NCBI RefSeq assembly: GCF_009914755.1
Contig: NC_060926.1
Source of the DNA: the human T2T-CHM13v2.0 reference genome, Homo sapiens
DNA: 64,000 nt
Direction: 5' to 3' (one strand)
Position numbers and translations under genes: made by a program. This document shows, in pieces, positions 27,177 to 44,704 of the stretch. Each line of letters opens with the position of its first letter. Position 1 is the stretch's first letter. The notes below the pieces were generated by a model. That model was given only the letters and a program-made list of their open reading frames with translations, made no database searches and had not been told where the DNA came from.

Positions 27177-28099
27177 TCATCATATCAGCCAAACTTTATC
27201 CTCTCTGCATTGTGATGAAAACCACAATCCATATGTTATTCATTAAAAAGCTAAAGCTTCCAGGGCAAAAAACAAAAAGAGAAACTCAATTCAGTTCATA
27301 GATTTATTCTGTCTGCCTAAATTCTGTTGGCTTTCTTATTTATGAACTACTTTTCTATTTTATACTCTAGGCTGTCTCCCATCATTTCAAGCTTAGTATT
27401 TACTATTTTGTGGAACAGAGAAGAAAACAGTGGTTAGGGAAGGCAGTGGGCTTGGTTGCCAGAAAGCTGATCCCTTCCATTGAAAGGAGCCAATGAATTA
27501 CCATAATAACCAGGGTCTGGAAATACTATCTGTAAACTCAATTAGGCAGAAAACAAAGAACTTTATTTTTAAAATGGAGAGGGCTAAGACGAGACTGAAT
27601 TCTTATACTATTATATATTCCTCTGACTAAAAGATTAAATCATCCTATTTTTTAAAAAAATCCTTTATGCAAATAAACAAATAGCAGAATTATAAAACAT
27701 GTTTACGTTTTAAGATACAAATTTTTCTCTTTTTAAAACAAGCTATGAAACGAGAAAACTAAATTACTGTCATTAAAACTCTCAGTTTTTAGAATTATGA
27801 GTCTTACAGAAACAAATTGTTAGGTAAATTACCAAAACTTATATGCGTTTTTGATGAACAGAGCACTACTTTATAAAGGAATCTGCAATACTAGCATTTT
27901 CCAGCAGTTTTTATGAAATCAGTTACTTGACAAATTTAGGGGAAGAGAAAGAAGGAGGCAGAAGTTTCATGAATATTTTCTCAATGGGATAATGATCTTA
28001 TTATGTTCCTCATGGCTCATTTGCCGCATCCTTATATTGGCATGAATTGCAAAGAAAGTTTACCAAGGTATATTTGCAGGTTTCACTTCATATTCCTGA

Positions 28100-28515
<416 letters not shown>

Positions 28516-28584
28516 TAATCTATAAATTTAACATTTTAAAAGTTTACAAGATGCCCTCAAAGCTGAACATATTTCTGAGAAAAA

Positions 28585-29505
28585 AGGAATATTCAAGAGA
28601 ATGAGAAGACAAGGGATAAACTGGGAGAAAAAATATTTGCAAAAGACGTATCTGATAAAGAACTGTTATAAAAAAAAAGAGAGAGAGAGCTCTTAAAATT
28701 CTTTAAAACAAAAATGAACATGATTTTAAAAATAGGCAAAAGACCTGAAAAGATACCTCACTAAAGAAGACAGCTAGTAAATAAGCATATAAAAAGATGT
28801 TCAACATTATTTGTCATTAGGGAATTACAAGTAAAATGAGATACCACTACACACCTATCAGAATGGCCAAAATCCAAAACACTAACACCACCAAATGCTG
28901 CCAAGGATGTGGAACAATAGGAACTCTCATTCATTGCTAGTGGGAATATAAAATGGTACAGTCACTTTGGAAGACAGTTTTGGCAGTTTTTTACAAAACT
29001 AAATGTACTCTTACCATACAATTCAATTCAGCAATTGTGCTCCTTGGTATTTACCCAAATGAGTTGAAAACTGATGCCTACAAAGACATGCACATGGATG
29101 TTTATAGCAACCTTATTCATGAGTGCCAAAACTTGGAAGCAACAAAGACGTCACCCAGTAAGTAATAAATAAACTATGGTGCATCCTGACAATGGAATAT
29201 TATTCAGCACTAAAATGAAATGAGCTCTCAAGCCATGAAAAGACATGAAGGAACATTAAGTGTGTAATACTAAGTGAAAGAAGCCAATCTCAGAAAGATA
29301 TTTAGTGTACAATTCTAACTACATGACACTGGAAAAGCCAAAACCATAAAGACGATAAAAAGATCAGTAGTTGCCAGGGGTTAAGAAGGAGGAATGAATA
29401 GGCAGAGCACGGAGGATTTAAGGGCTGTGAAACTATTCTGTATGATAAAACAATGGTGGATACATGTTATCACATATATTTGCCAATATGCATAGAATGT
29501 ACAAC
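28585..29505 (+). mobile_element. L1M fragment (ORF2 3' end and 3'UTR)
   Basis: ggatgtggaacaataggaactctcattcattgctagtgggaat, caatggaatattattcagc are L1 hallmarks. Confidence 0.85.
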
Positions 29506-29508
29506 ACC

Positions 29509-29791
29509 GGCAAGGCATGGTGGCCCATGCCTGTAATCCCAGCACTTTGAGAGGCCAAGCGGGCAGATAAGGAGTTGAAGACCAGGCTGGCCAACATGGC
29601 AAAACCCTGTCTCTACTAAAAACACCAAAATTAGCTGGGTGCAGTGGTGGGCGCTTGTAATCCCAGCTACTCAGGAGGCTGAGAAAGGGAGAATTGCTTG
29701 AAACCAGAAAACGGAGGTTGCAGTAAACAGAGATCACACCACTATACTCCAGCCTGGGTGACACAGCAAGACTTCGTCTCAAAAAAAAAAA
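29509..29791 (+). mobile_element. Alu
   Basis: Dimer with A tail. Confidence 0.9.
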
Positions 29792-31119
29792 GTTGACACA
29801 ACGGACATAGGGATTAAACAAAGAAGAGACCCGTGTAACCAACTAACATACATTAAACCAATTAGATTTCCTAACTGTCAATAAGAAATTTTTATAAAGC
29901 AGCTAGATGGGGGCTATTTTAACAAATCCAAATCCCAGCTGCTCTTCCATTTGCTCAAAATGCTACTCTTTATGCTTACATAAAGTGGTCCATGTTAAAA
30001 CTGTATGAAATTAAGAGCTGGGTTAACTTCAACCTAGGCATATTTTAGTTTATACTTCTCTAGTTTTATTAAAGGATAACCCTTGCTAGCAGCTTTTTGA
30101 AGAAACAGAACTGATCATGATACCTCTTTTAGAGTCTGAGTATCATCCCTGGAACAAAACTGGAAATGAAAATGTTTATGTCAAATTGCAAGACTCCTAA
30201 TATTTTTATGCTTCCTGTGGGTAATAAGCTCTTTCTCAGAGAGTGCTATTTGTGTCTAATGTATTTAAGCAATCACCATATCTTTTAACTATTAACAACC
30301 TGGGAAAAATAGAAATTGTCTTAAGCTCATGGGGTGTTGTATAATACAGGAAAAATAAATGTTTGCTGATACGTTTAGATGACATACTTAGAACACCTCC
30401 AATAGTTTATTTATAAAGGCAATGCAAATCTACATTCAATGTTTACAGCCCAAGTTTAATACAAAAGACAAAGCTTTATTCATCTTATGTTCCGCTTCCA
30501 AAGTCAGGTGTTAAGTTTTCTGCCCCATATCCTTGGACTGTCCCTTTCTTCACAACTATATTAAACTTAAGTAAAAAATACCTCACACATGTAAAAACTT
30601 AAATTTCTCTCCCATACCTTCTCTTAAAAGAGCAAGAGACAATCTATTTTCTACTGAAAAACTCCTATGTGGCTATCAATAACCACCAATGCCAAGCCTC
30701 CTCAAATTTACGTAAAGACAAAAACTAGGTGAAGATCCTATGATTAAATGAAAGCCAACACTGTGGCTACAAAGTGTTAGAACTTTCTCTATGGTGTAAA
30801 AATTAGAATACTTACAGAAAGTGCTACTGTTGCTAAGTTGTTCCTTCAACTGGGAAGCTTAAGCTTTGTGGGTTCAGAACAAACCCAGTTGAAATTAAGG
30901 GGCTAAACAGTGGTTAAGAATTCCTTCAGGATCTAGTTTAATTCATATATTGCAATACAATGTAAATTAAAATGATTTAAATAGAACTTGGAAAGATATA
31001 AACAGCTTAAGGGTCATTAAATAGCACTGCTTAGAATCAAAATAATTAACAACTATAGCTGATCCTTGAACCTGAGTCTGAGCTACTAGTGTCCTTATGT
31101 GTAAATGTTTTTCTATAAA

Positions 31120-31655
<536 letters not shown>

Positions 31656-31670
31656 GGTTTATTTTTAAAC

Positions 31671-31977
<307 letters not shown>

Positions 31978-31994
31978 AAAACTTGCAAAGAATA

Positions 31995-33130
31995 ACACTG
32001 CCTATGGTAGGAACTTTGTTTTGTTCACTGCTGTATCTCCAGGGTCATAAACATTGTCTGGCACATAGTAGATACTCAGTAAATATTTGTTGAATGGATA
32101 AATGAAGTTATTTATTCTTTTCAATGGTTTCCAGCTACAGTTAGAGAAAAATAAAGCCTCGGTGTGGCTTGAGTGATCTGGCTTCTCCTGCCTACCTCCC
32201 CAAACCCCAATCAAGACACTTGTACTTTCACTCAACTAGGGTGACTGGCAAAACGGTCTTTTTTCAACCTCTCAAACATGCCAAGCTCTTTTCCTTGACT
32301 TATGTACATGGAACACTCCCTTAAGCCCCAGGCTGGTTTCTTTGCATCCTTCAGGCTTTAGCTTAAATATTACCCTCCTAGAACCCGCTGATCTCATCAT
32401 CTAAATAAAATGTACCCCAATCTTTTTCCCAGTATGTTCTACTCCTTTCTTTCCTTCATAGCACTTAACATGATTTAGAACTTCTTTACATGCTTGCTTG
32501 TCACTGTTTATTATCTATCTTCATAAACAGACTGTGAGCTCGAGGGTGAGGAACAGGTATATTTTATGCAATGTTCTATCCCAGCACCTGGCAGTTCATG
32601 GCTCAATAAATATTGTTGAATTGGCAATGAAAATGGTAAAATGGCAAACTTCATCTGAGAGCTGTGTATAAAATGGATTGGAAGGGGGACGGGCAATAAT
32701 AAAGAGCTAAGAGTGAGCCTGTAGTAGAATGGTGGTAATGGGAATGCAACAAATGGGTGAGCTCAGTAAATCCTACAGATTAACACAAGCTTCATTAGAA
32801 ATTGGAGACATTAAATGAGAAGAAAGGTAGCAAAGATGATCAGAGGGCTTAAACCTGGTAATTAGAAGAATGTCAGCATCCTAAACAGAAACAGAAAAGA
32901 TGACAACAGATATAAATTATGGAGCCCAGGGATAATGTAGGTAAGTAGGCTAAACACCTGTGGGATTTAAGGTGCTTGTAAGATGTTGGTGATCTTCTAG
33001 GAAATGCCTAACAGCTGTTTGGAAATGTGCTCTTGGGAGACAGATCCATCTAGAATAGAGATCCTAGCTGAAGATACAAGTGTGGACTCTAGGGAAAGAG
33101 TAAATAGAGAACGAAGAGGGAAGAGCTGAG
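31995..33130. mobile_element. L2 fragments
   Basis: L2 3' ends (tggcacatagtagatactcagtaaatatttgttgaatg; ctcaataaatattgttgaat). Confidence 0.7.
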
Positions 33131-34141
33131 GAAAAAGGAAAAAGAGCTAGACTTAGACTTCTACACTGACCAGCTTAGACTTCTACACTTCCCTGATCTT
33201 TAAATTTCTACCACCAGTCATAGATCTGCTTTAAAAAGAGAAACTCAGGGTAGAGAAAGGGTCCCACTGCTGACTTTGTTAAAGGGTCTTTTCTTTGAGC
33301 TGCTTCTTGGGCAGATTTTCATTTTGGTCTACCATCTTCTTTCATAAATGTACAAGGTTAGAAAGAAATTAAAGCAAACAAACCTCAGATACAATAACAA
33401 CAACTTAGGGACATTACCCATAACTGTATATTTTTCAGAAATATGTCTGATATTCTTGAATTTAACATTATTTAAATAAGCTAATGAAATAAAAACATGA
33501 CTTAAAAAGAGGTAGAAAGCAACTCAGCTTCCCTACTGTATTATTCCCTAGTTAATGATGACAATGGCTAAAATATTTCAAATGGATATAAAATACCAGC
33601 CCAGTGAAAATCTGGCTGGACTGATTCAAAACATTCCAAGGGCAGAGAACCGGGCAATTAAAATTGCAGCTTCCTCTTTCAATTTGACTAAGTTAATATT
33701 AACTAAGATTCTGTTTATATGAGTAAATGTTTTAATTAAATGAGGAGGTGATAATATAAACAAGAACTAGGAAGCAAAGTTTGCTAAAGAAACCCAGAGT
33801 ATGGACAACCATTAGCAGTAAAAGTTACAATTAAAGCAATGTTTTTTAGACTTTAAAATGCAACAGTGTTAAACTAGAAAAAGTGCAACATACTTGGGAA
33901 GACTATTAGGCATTTACAAAAGTTTAAAAACTAATGAAAATTACTGAAAATATTTTGTACTCTCAATATTGCCTGACAGTCATTAAGATCAGTAAATAAT
34001 TACCATCTGTAAAAGAAAAAGTATATTAATGACAAAGATGCTAGAGTAAGAAAATAATAATATAAGAGCATGATCAAAAACAGAAATCATATTCTACCTA
34101 CAAGGCAGTAAATAGTTACATGCATGTGGAAGAAGTATCAC

Positions 34142-34216
34142 CTTGGTCAGCAAATGAGAAGGTTTTCCTGCAATGTTTCTCAGAAGAAGGGAGGTTTCCC
34201 TGTCCAGATAGGAGTG
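34142..34216 (-). CDS. RAPH1: RAPH1 in-frame cassette exon, HSYLDRETSLLLRNIAGKPSHLLTK (25 aa)
   Basis: Long pyrimidine tract then aacaag| acceptor, AAG|gtgata donor, 75 nt, phase 0-0; matches a recalled isoform insert. Confidence 0.85.
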
Positions 34217-35257
34217 CTTGTTCAGAAAAGAGAAAAACAAACAAAAAAAGGCAATAACAGAAGTCAGTGGAGGTTTTATGTGTTTAAAACATAAAGTAGA
34301 CAAAGCAAGAATGATTCTCTATAATTAATCTCATATCTTTTCCCTAAGTTGAGTGAAATATCTCCACAAAGAAAATGTAAAAAAAGAAAAAGAAAAGGAG
34401 CAGGGAGGTAAAGACATCATCCGTGCCAGTAGGCGTGTCCCAGCTGACTCCTGCTGATCCCTCCCTCTTTGGGAAAATGGGTAGTACATGCAGACTGCAG
34501 AGCCAGTCTGCCTTCTAGGCCAATGCTCATGAATGCTGTGCACAGCACACAAATAAATGAATGTCAGAGACCAATGACTAAACTCCCTTTCTCTTGTTAA
34601 AGCCTATGAAGACCTATATAGCTTTAAATAGTATATTTCGGTTAGAATAAGACGACATCATTTTTAAAAGCTTATCCAAGTATTTCTGATCAATTCAATG
34701 ATAGCTGCACCAAGACGAAAAATATCCATCAATATTTTGCCTAATGGACACACCTGTTTTCAGTAAAACTTTATTAACCCACTCATTATTATCAGAATAA
34801 AAATAGGAGTATACTGCACAGTAAAGAATTTGCAGAGCAAATGAATGACATGAACAAAATATTCAGAAGTGTCACACACTTAAATTAATTCAAGTAACTG
34901 TTTTCGTGAAAATAATTTGTAAATGGCATGGTCCCTATCATTCTCCCCTTAACTTTTCAGTAACATGTTGTAAGATAAGTTAATACAATTGTATTTCATT
35001 TATCCTTAAATTGTAGTTGTTTTGATATATACATGTAATTTGGACTGGCCTCTCATGAAAAAATTCCAAATTAGTATTTAACAGTACATAGTTACTTATC
35101 ACCATTTAAAAAAATGTACAATACAGCTGAGTAAAAGTATAGAAAATATTGTTATATTTTATAAATCTAAATACAGGTTAAGTTATTCTTGGAAATTCTT
35201 TGGAAAGAAACTAATGCAAACAAATACTAGAGCAGCACCCCCTATAAGAAAGTACAT

Positions 35258-35528
35258 GGCCCCTAGCACTTTGGGAGGCCAAGGCAGGCAGATCTCTTGA
35301 GGTCAGGAGTTTAAGACCAGCTTGGTCAACATGGTGAAACCCCGTTTCTACTAAAAATACAAAAATTAGCTGGGTGTGCTGGCAGGAGCCTGTAATCCCA
35401 GCCACTCAGCAGGCTGCTGCAGAAGAATCGCTTGAACTTGGGAGGCAGAGGTTTCAGTGAGCCGAAATTGTGCCATTGCACTCTAGCCTGGGCGACAAGT
35501 GAAACTCTTGTCTCAAGAAAAAAAAAAA
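35258..35528 (+). mobile_element. Alu with a 5' deletion
   Basis: Dimer with A tail. Confidence 0.9.
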
Positions 35529-36033
35529 GTACATACACGGTCATAGATAAAATACACTACTTCAAGATTAAAAACATGTTACAGAAGACAATATAATCTT
35601 TGCTCACATCTATACTATGTTAAGTTTGCTATATGGTATTTTATTGTCTGCATTTTTAAAGCTGTGTTTTAATGCAAGGTAAACTTTATAAGCATAAATG
35701 CCCCTCTCACCCATTCCTTATTTAAAAAAAAAAAAGAAACCTAAGGTCCAATTTTTTTAATTGGACATATTCATCAAGATTAGCACTAACAAAGTCAAAC
35801 AATAACAAGAACATAGAGAACTATCCCTAGGTCCTCATTTAACTAGATTGTGTAGTCCTCCTAAAGGTAAGACTGATTGGCTCCTCCATAAAGACACTAG
35901 GTAAGTAGTAATTTCTGAAAATTCAATTTAGTTTGAGGTTAATGCACAGCCAAGGAGGAGGGAGGGAATTGGGAAAAACAAAGAACAAAAAGCACAATTT
36001 GTAAGAGTAGCCATTCTTTGGTTTCTTTAGTTC

Positions 36034-36337
36034 TTTTTTTTTTTTTTTATTTTTTTGAGACAGAGTCTCCCTCTCTCACCCAGACTGGAGGGCAGTGGCG
36101 TGATCTCAGCTCACTGCAACCTCTGCCTCCCAGCTTCAGGCGCTTCTCCTGCCTCAGCCTCCTGAGTAGCTGGGATCACAGGCATGGGCCACCACACTCG
36201 GCTAATTTTGTATTTTTATTAGAGACAGAGTTTCGCCATGTTAGCCAGGCTGGTCTTGAACTCCTGACCTAAGGTGATCCGCCCGCCTTGGCCTCCCAAA
36301 GTGCTGAGATTATAGGCGTGAGCCACTGTGCCCAGCC
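36034..36337 (-). mobile_element. Alu (S-like)
   Basis: Reverse dimer. Confidence 0.92.
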
Positions 36338-37046
36338 ACGTTTCTTTACTTCTCTAATAAACTTGCTTTCACTTAAAAATAAAAGAGCAACTATAACTTT
36401 CATTGCTCTTATTCCCATTCATTTTTAGCTATTCAAATATAATGGGTAAACATGTACTGCTACACAATTACTATGTAAAACATGTAACATGTATTTCAAG
36501 AAATTACTTTCTTGAAAACTTACTGTATTTATCTTATAAAAGTTACTTTTTTAGAAAAATTATCTCCAAGTGAGTAGATTATCTATATTCAGATCATTAT
36601 ATTTCAAATTTAAAAAAATAAAATCTGCCTCAGGCCATCAAAACAAACTATGATTTGGTAAATGTAATTCCAAACATCAAATTCAAATTTAATTCTTAAA
36701 AACACAAGATTTAATCAGTTCTCAAACTCATGACCTCAAGACTTCAAGTCATCAAAAAACTGATAATTTGGTTAAGTATGAGGCAATGATATTTAATTGT
36801 ATCTGATTAATGACACAGAAATAGAAGTCCATTTTGAAATATTAAGATATTCAAATAGCTTAAAATAAAAAGAGGGTAATCATTATGGTTGGTGGTCCCA
36901 AAATATGCCACATTCAAAAAATGAGACCACAAACAATAGTTAAACATGATCATAAATTATATCCTGCATGGATGGTTACGTAGCTATTCACTATTTAGTT
37001 ACTAGCAGAAACAACAAACATGTGGAAACCCGAGGCAGCAAACTCC

Positions 37047-37201
37047 ACTGGGCATGGTGGCTTGAACTGTAATCCCAGCTACTCAGGAGGCTCAGATAGG
37101 AGGACCACTTGAGCCCAGGATCTTAAGGCTGCAGTGAGCTAAGATTATGCCACTGCATTCCAGCCTGGGCAACAGAGCGAGACCCTGTCTCAAAAAATAA
37201 A
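37047..37201 (+). mobile_element. Alu right monomer / FRAM
   Basis: Single arm with A tail. Confidence 0.85.
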
Positions 37202-38697
37202 GTATCTTCTTCCAATTGGTACCAGTCATAACACTGATCCTAGAATTCCTTGCTCTTCAGAAAAAAGGGGCAGGGGTGGGGTGAAACTGGTTACTGGAAG
37301 GATGCAAGAGGGATGAGAAGAGTGGTGCACAGCTGAAGGACTAAGGAGAGTAAATTATGTAGTTTTAAAACTACATAATTTCTACCAGGGCCGTATTATC
37401 AGTGAAACATTTTAAACTGCAGAAATTGTGGTTTTGGTTCAGAAACAAGTTGTATATTTTTCACCCTTGATTACAGGGGAAAAAAATCAGTGCTGTGTCT
37501 TTGTGGGTTGCTCTGCTATGGAGATCTTACTGTAACTGAGTAAGGCCATTCTGTTTAGAAATATATTTTAAACGTTTAATTAAAAAAAAATTATGGTTTG
37601 GGCATGGCATCCAATCAGGCTTCAGTCTTGGTTTATGTTGTGAGTTAATAAAAATGCATACAGCTTCATATAAACAGGGCCTTCTTATATTTTCTTTTAT
37701 TTACCAACTATAGACACAAAGTCAAGGGCTTATTTTCAATCCATTTTATTGATTTATTTTATTTCTCTGTTTTCCTCTTCATGTATTCAACCATTTTTTA
37801 GGCTCCAACTTTTGAGTGTGGAACCATGCCAGCATTAGAGATGCAAAGGTGACCAAGATGGGCATTCCTTGCCTCACAGAATGTAGTCTAAATAGGGAGA
37901 TGCAGACCAACTTGCAACTACAAAACAGTGTGTTAAGTGGTAGGTGAGCAAGGAGACGGGTATCTAACCCCAAATTAGCGGCTTAATAAAGTAATTCTGA
38001 AAAAGCTACAGTCCTGGAGGATGATTAAGAGGCTGCTGGGGTCGCAGTGTGAGGGAGTGTGGCAGGGTAGAAAGAGGGCAAAGGGATATTTGAGACCAGT
38101 GGTTCTCAAAAGAGGGTAGCTCTGTCCTCAAGCAGGAATTTCAGAAAATGTTAAGGACATTCTGGGCTGCCACAATGAAGAGGAGAGGGAGAGTTACTGG
38201 TATTTATTGGGAAGTTGAAAATGCAAGATGCCTTGCAAGCATGGTACAATGTCAGTAACAACAAAAGTCCCACATTCCACAATTGTTAAATGTCCTTACA
38301 CGGAGAGTCGCAGAGATGGGAAATCTTGCTTATAACAATCTGAGCTTAGAATCTAATTTCATTTTACATCTAAAAAGTATTTTTGCATAATTTTAATACT
38401 GAATGAATTTTCCAGGATGCTATTACCCTCTAAAATAAATGGAAAGAAGTCTGCACTTTCTTTTGTTCTGAGCTTACAAACAGCTGTTCATAATGTTGGA
38501 AAATAATTTCACCAATGGAAAACTAGCTTGAAGTAAGAGTTGCCAGTACCACAACTGGCAGTGTACACTCTGTCACATGCCAGTAAATGATAGGAGATAT
38601 TTGGAATTCCTTTGAACAGAATTAAAAGCAAAATAATATTAAATTAGTGAAAACATGAAATTAACGTTATTAGTAAAAATTGTTTTAAAATATTTCA

Positions 38698-39350
<653 letters not shown>

Positions 39351-40052
39351 CTACACTGTAAAAAAAATCAGATATCAAATGATTTTATTACTACCATCTC
39401 ATCCCACATTATAACACTGAAATTATTTTGTCATTACAATTATAAATAATCTTATCTCATTTGCAAGAATTTTACATGCTCCCATTTTCTCTACTTGCCT
39501 ATAAACTGTCTCAGCACATTATCCCTACTTCAATTAAGATTATTTCCCTTTTTCTCATAGTATATACAAGTATGTCATTATCTGCTATCACTTATAACAT
39601 GTTTCAGTTCTGGGGTCCACTCATATTTCTGTTCTTTTTCCTACACTTCTTGTATAAAAAAAAAAAAAAAAAGGCTTCTGATCTCACTTCTCTTAAACCC
39701 AAAGTTCTTGATTATAGGTAGGTGTAAGGTTTGACTACTTCATTATGTCTTTTAATAGTGGCAGCTAAGCATTTACATACTAAAACAGATATATTATTTA
39801 TTATAAATTTCTTTTTCATTATTTCTCCTTCATAGGTGTTGGGGCATTACATTCATATAAAAAAGTAGGTATGTAAGTAGGTTATATTATTTACAAATTT
39901 CACTTGGACAGTAAAGATGGTGTTAGAAATCATCACAAAGGTAATTTAAAATTTTGTTAGCCACATTAATTTTAAAAAGTATAAAAAGAAAAAACTGAAA
40001 TATTCATATATTTTAGTTAACCAAAAATATCCAAAATTTTAACAAGTAATAA

Positions 40053-40377
<325 letters not shown>

Positions 40378-40981
40378 CGAGATTTTTTTTACATTTTTGT
40401 TTCATAGTAAGTCTTTGAAGTCCAGTATGTATTTTATCCTTACAGCACACAATTCAGATTAACCACATTTTAAATATTTAATAGGCACACGTGGCTAGTG
40501 GCTACCGTATGGGACAGTACACCTCTGAAGCATCCAGATTTGCCAACCATGGCAAATGGCATGGCAAAAAAAATGACCAAAGAATAAATTTTTTTAAGAA
40601 AGAAACTAGGCTTTCAGTTAAGCATCAGTGCAGAAGAATCATTCCATTTGGTAGCTCTGCTGTAAAGAACAATTCAATTTGTTAGTATCTTAAGAAATTT
40701 ACAAAAGCCCTTAGTTTCAGAATAAAGAAGGCATGTTGTTTCAGGTTCTAATACAAAAATCATCTATATCAATTATGCTACCACCTACATAATCATACCA
40801 GGAGTATTAATATTCAGTTGTACCATATCTAAAGTTGCTTATTTGTTTTTGCTAATTTATTAAGTTTGGTTTAATTTTTATTTGAAAAACTGAAGTTATA
40901 TGAAAAGGTTTCATCATTTGGAGGTCTAATGAATGCATTCCTCTTCATTAAGTCATGCCATGGCATGTTTATAGAACTTAC

Positions 40982-41062
40982 AGGTGTCAGCTCAGCCTGT
41001 TCTTCTGTGAAGTCAATATGACGCTTGGCCTGCTTGCTGGAACATCTCAGAGAAATAGCATG
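40982..41062 (-). CDS. RAPH1: RAPH1 in-frame cassette exon, HAISLRCSSKQAKRHIDFTEEQAELTP (27 aa)
   Basis: tttcacag| acceptor, CCT|gtaagt donor, 81 nt, phase 0-0, open frame; matches an isoform insert I recall for RAPH1. Confidence 0.85.
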
Positions 41063-41936
41063 CTGTGAAAATGCAGTAAGGAAGAAAATGATAGGTAAAG
41101 GAGGTGAAACGGGCAGTTCTCATTACCATGCAGGAAGAGAAAAAGATCAATGAAGTGAAACAAAACAGTAATGAAACAAAATAGTAATGAAAAGTTGCAT
41201 GCAATTACCTTTCATTCTCTTATACGCAAAAATTATAAAGGTAAGACCCAGATGATCCTAACCCTTGATAATTTAAGGATAACCTCACTCCACTTCTGGA
41301 TAGTAGAGTTCTATGAAATAATTGTGCAGAAACATTATGTCTAATACCAATTCATGCTAACAAACCTCAACTGGTCCTTAACCACTGTTTGGCAGTGCTC
41401 TTATTAATTTTTCCCCTTATGTTATACCTGTTCTAAGTCTCTATGTTCTTCAAGCTTCTAGCTTCCCTCTTCCCTCTCTTCATATGACTGCACTTCCCTC
41501 CATGTGAGAAAGCTACATCCATTTATCATGAGGATCTTCATCATTAGAATGTACCTTGTAATTATACCCATATTTTTATCCTCCCCTCGAATTCTAGATG
41601 AATAATGTGTTTTGTTTCCCCTCCCAAAGCTAAGCATGTTCTAGATCCCATTCATTTCCCCCTCCTAAAGAGAAAGTATCTTTAGTCTCTGATACTCAAC
41701 TAATCAGTACATTGGGGGTGAGGAGAAGAGGAAAATGTTCAGTTCTTCTGGGTACCCTCCTCTTGTTAAACTGTTTCTCCTCTCCACTGCCAAATTCCCT
41801 TAATTCATGCTAGAAGGTGCCTCCTCCACTTCCCAGCCACTCATTTTTCCCTTAATTTCTTGCAATTTCTTCCCTAAAGCCTTCATCCTTTGAGTTATAA
41901 TGTATTCTGTAATTCATTCTCAAAGTCATCAATAAC

Positions 41937-42255
<319 letters not shown>

Positions 42256-42290
42256 TTAACCAAAAAGGTTTTCTCTCTTTTCCATCATAG

Positions 42291-42746
<456 letters not shown>

Positions 42747-43227
42747 TAGGCGCTCAAATATTTACAGAATATATGAATAACTTTCTGCTTGGCCTGCATG
42801 CCACATGCTTGGCCAGACCAAGATTGTTTTTGTTTTTCCCTGTGTATTTTCTCATTAAGCATATTCTGTTTCAATTACTACATCAACAGGAGGCCTATCA
42901 AATCTATACTGCCAATAACCCTGTTCTTAGGAAACAGATACTGAAGTATTAACGAATATACGGGAATGATAAACGTAACCAACTCTCAAATGATTCAGGA
43001 AAAATAAATATAGACACAGAAAAATAATGTGGTAAAATGTTAAAAATTACTGAATCTGGCAAATGAATTTCATGAGTTCTTTGTACTATTCTTTAAAGGT
43101 TTTGTAAGTATATTATTTCAAAATAATTTTTCTTTAAAAAATCTATTCTTTCTGGACTCAATCTTGCACAAGTGTCCATTATATTTCCAAATGCTTACTG
43201 GCTAAACTTTCTAAAAGCCTAAATCTG

Positions 43228-43528
43228 GGCTGGGCACGGTGGCTCACGCCTGTAATCCCAGCCCTTTGGGAGGCTGAGGCGGGCGCATCACTTGAGGTCA
43301 GGAGTTCAAGAACAGCCTGGCCAACATAGTGAAACTCCATTTCTACTGAAAATACAAAAAATAGCCAGGGGTGGTGACTCGTGCCTGTAGTCCCACCCAG
43401 CTACTCCGGAAGCTGAGGCAGAAGAATTGCTTGAACCCTGAGGCCAGAGGTTTCAGTGAGCCGAGATGGCGCCACTGTATTCCAGCCTGAGCAACAGAGC
43501 AAGACTGACTCAAAAAAAAAAAAAAAAA
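43228..43528 (+). mobile_element. Alu (S-like)
   Basis: Dimer, TSD taaatctg. Confidence 0.92.
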
Positions 43529-44172
43529 ATTAAATCTGAAGTATTCAACAAGAGATGATTGCCTATGTTACATATAAAACAGTATGACGGAATACTATAG
43601 CTATTATTCAGTGTACCCTTACCAGAAAAGGATATATGTGAAGTGACAAAAACAATACAAAATAGTAAATAAACAAAGATTAAAAATTTAGGTTACATTA
43701 ACATGAATAAAAAGGGATTATAGAATAATATAGCTTTTTAATATGAGGTCTATTTCCATAAAGTACTTATTTTCTTACCAAAAAATATTATCTGCTCCAA
43801 GTCTAATATTTACGTACTCTTTATCACTACGTTCATAAATCTAAAAGCTGTGCTCAAAATACGTAACAAAAATGTCCAGTGAGTCTCCCATGGGGAAAAA
43901 AAATGAATTTAAAGGTCAATTCTCTGTATAAATTTTGCTGTACATTTTCTCAGTTTTGAAAACTTTCATTTGTATTACAAAGTGTTGCGCCATTTGTGTT
44001 TGATAAAAACTTTCTATCAATCTTATAAAAACTCACCACAAATCTCTGCAAAGTAAGTTATGAATCACTACTTTCTTGAACTGAATCTGTAACATGTTAA
44101 AACAAAGTGCCATTTACAAGCCAGAGTCCTTGGGGTTGGGGTGGGAGTGCACATATTAAAAAGCATTGATCT

Positions 44173-44578
<406 letters not shown>

Positions 44579-44704
44579 CTAACACTTTAGATTACAACTG
44601 GAAAGAAGTGGAGGCTTATGACCACTCATTAGTGTTTCAATAAAATAGATTTCCATCATCTTTACTGACACACGTATGCATTTTCCACAAATAGTATGTT
44701 GAAA

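Noticed and set aside
28953-29165. ORF resembling the reverse-transcriptase/ORF2 C-terminus
   Set aside because: Decayed L1 fragment, not an intact gene
33152-33189. 16-bp direct repeat cttagacttctacact (similar small repeats at ~56440 and ~61533)
   Set aside because: Two copies only; ordinary slippage duplication, not an array or CRISPR
34331-34552. 73-aa ORF and 8-bp hairpin gcagactg-N6-cagtctgc (34490-34511) upstream of the 75-nt cassette exon
   Set aside because: No donor site found, and an 8-bp stem is expected by chance in 64 kb
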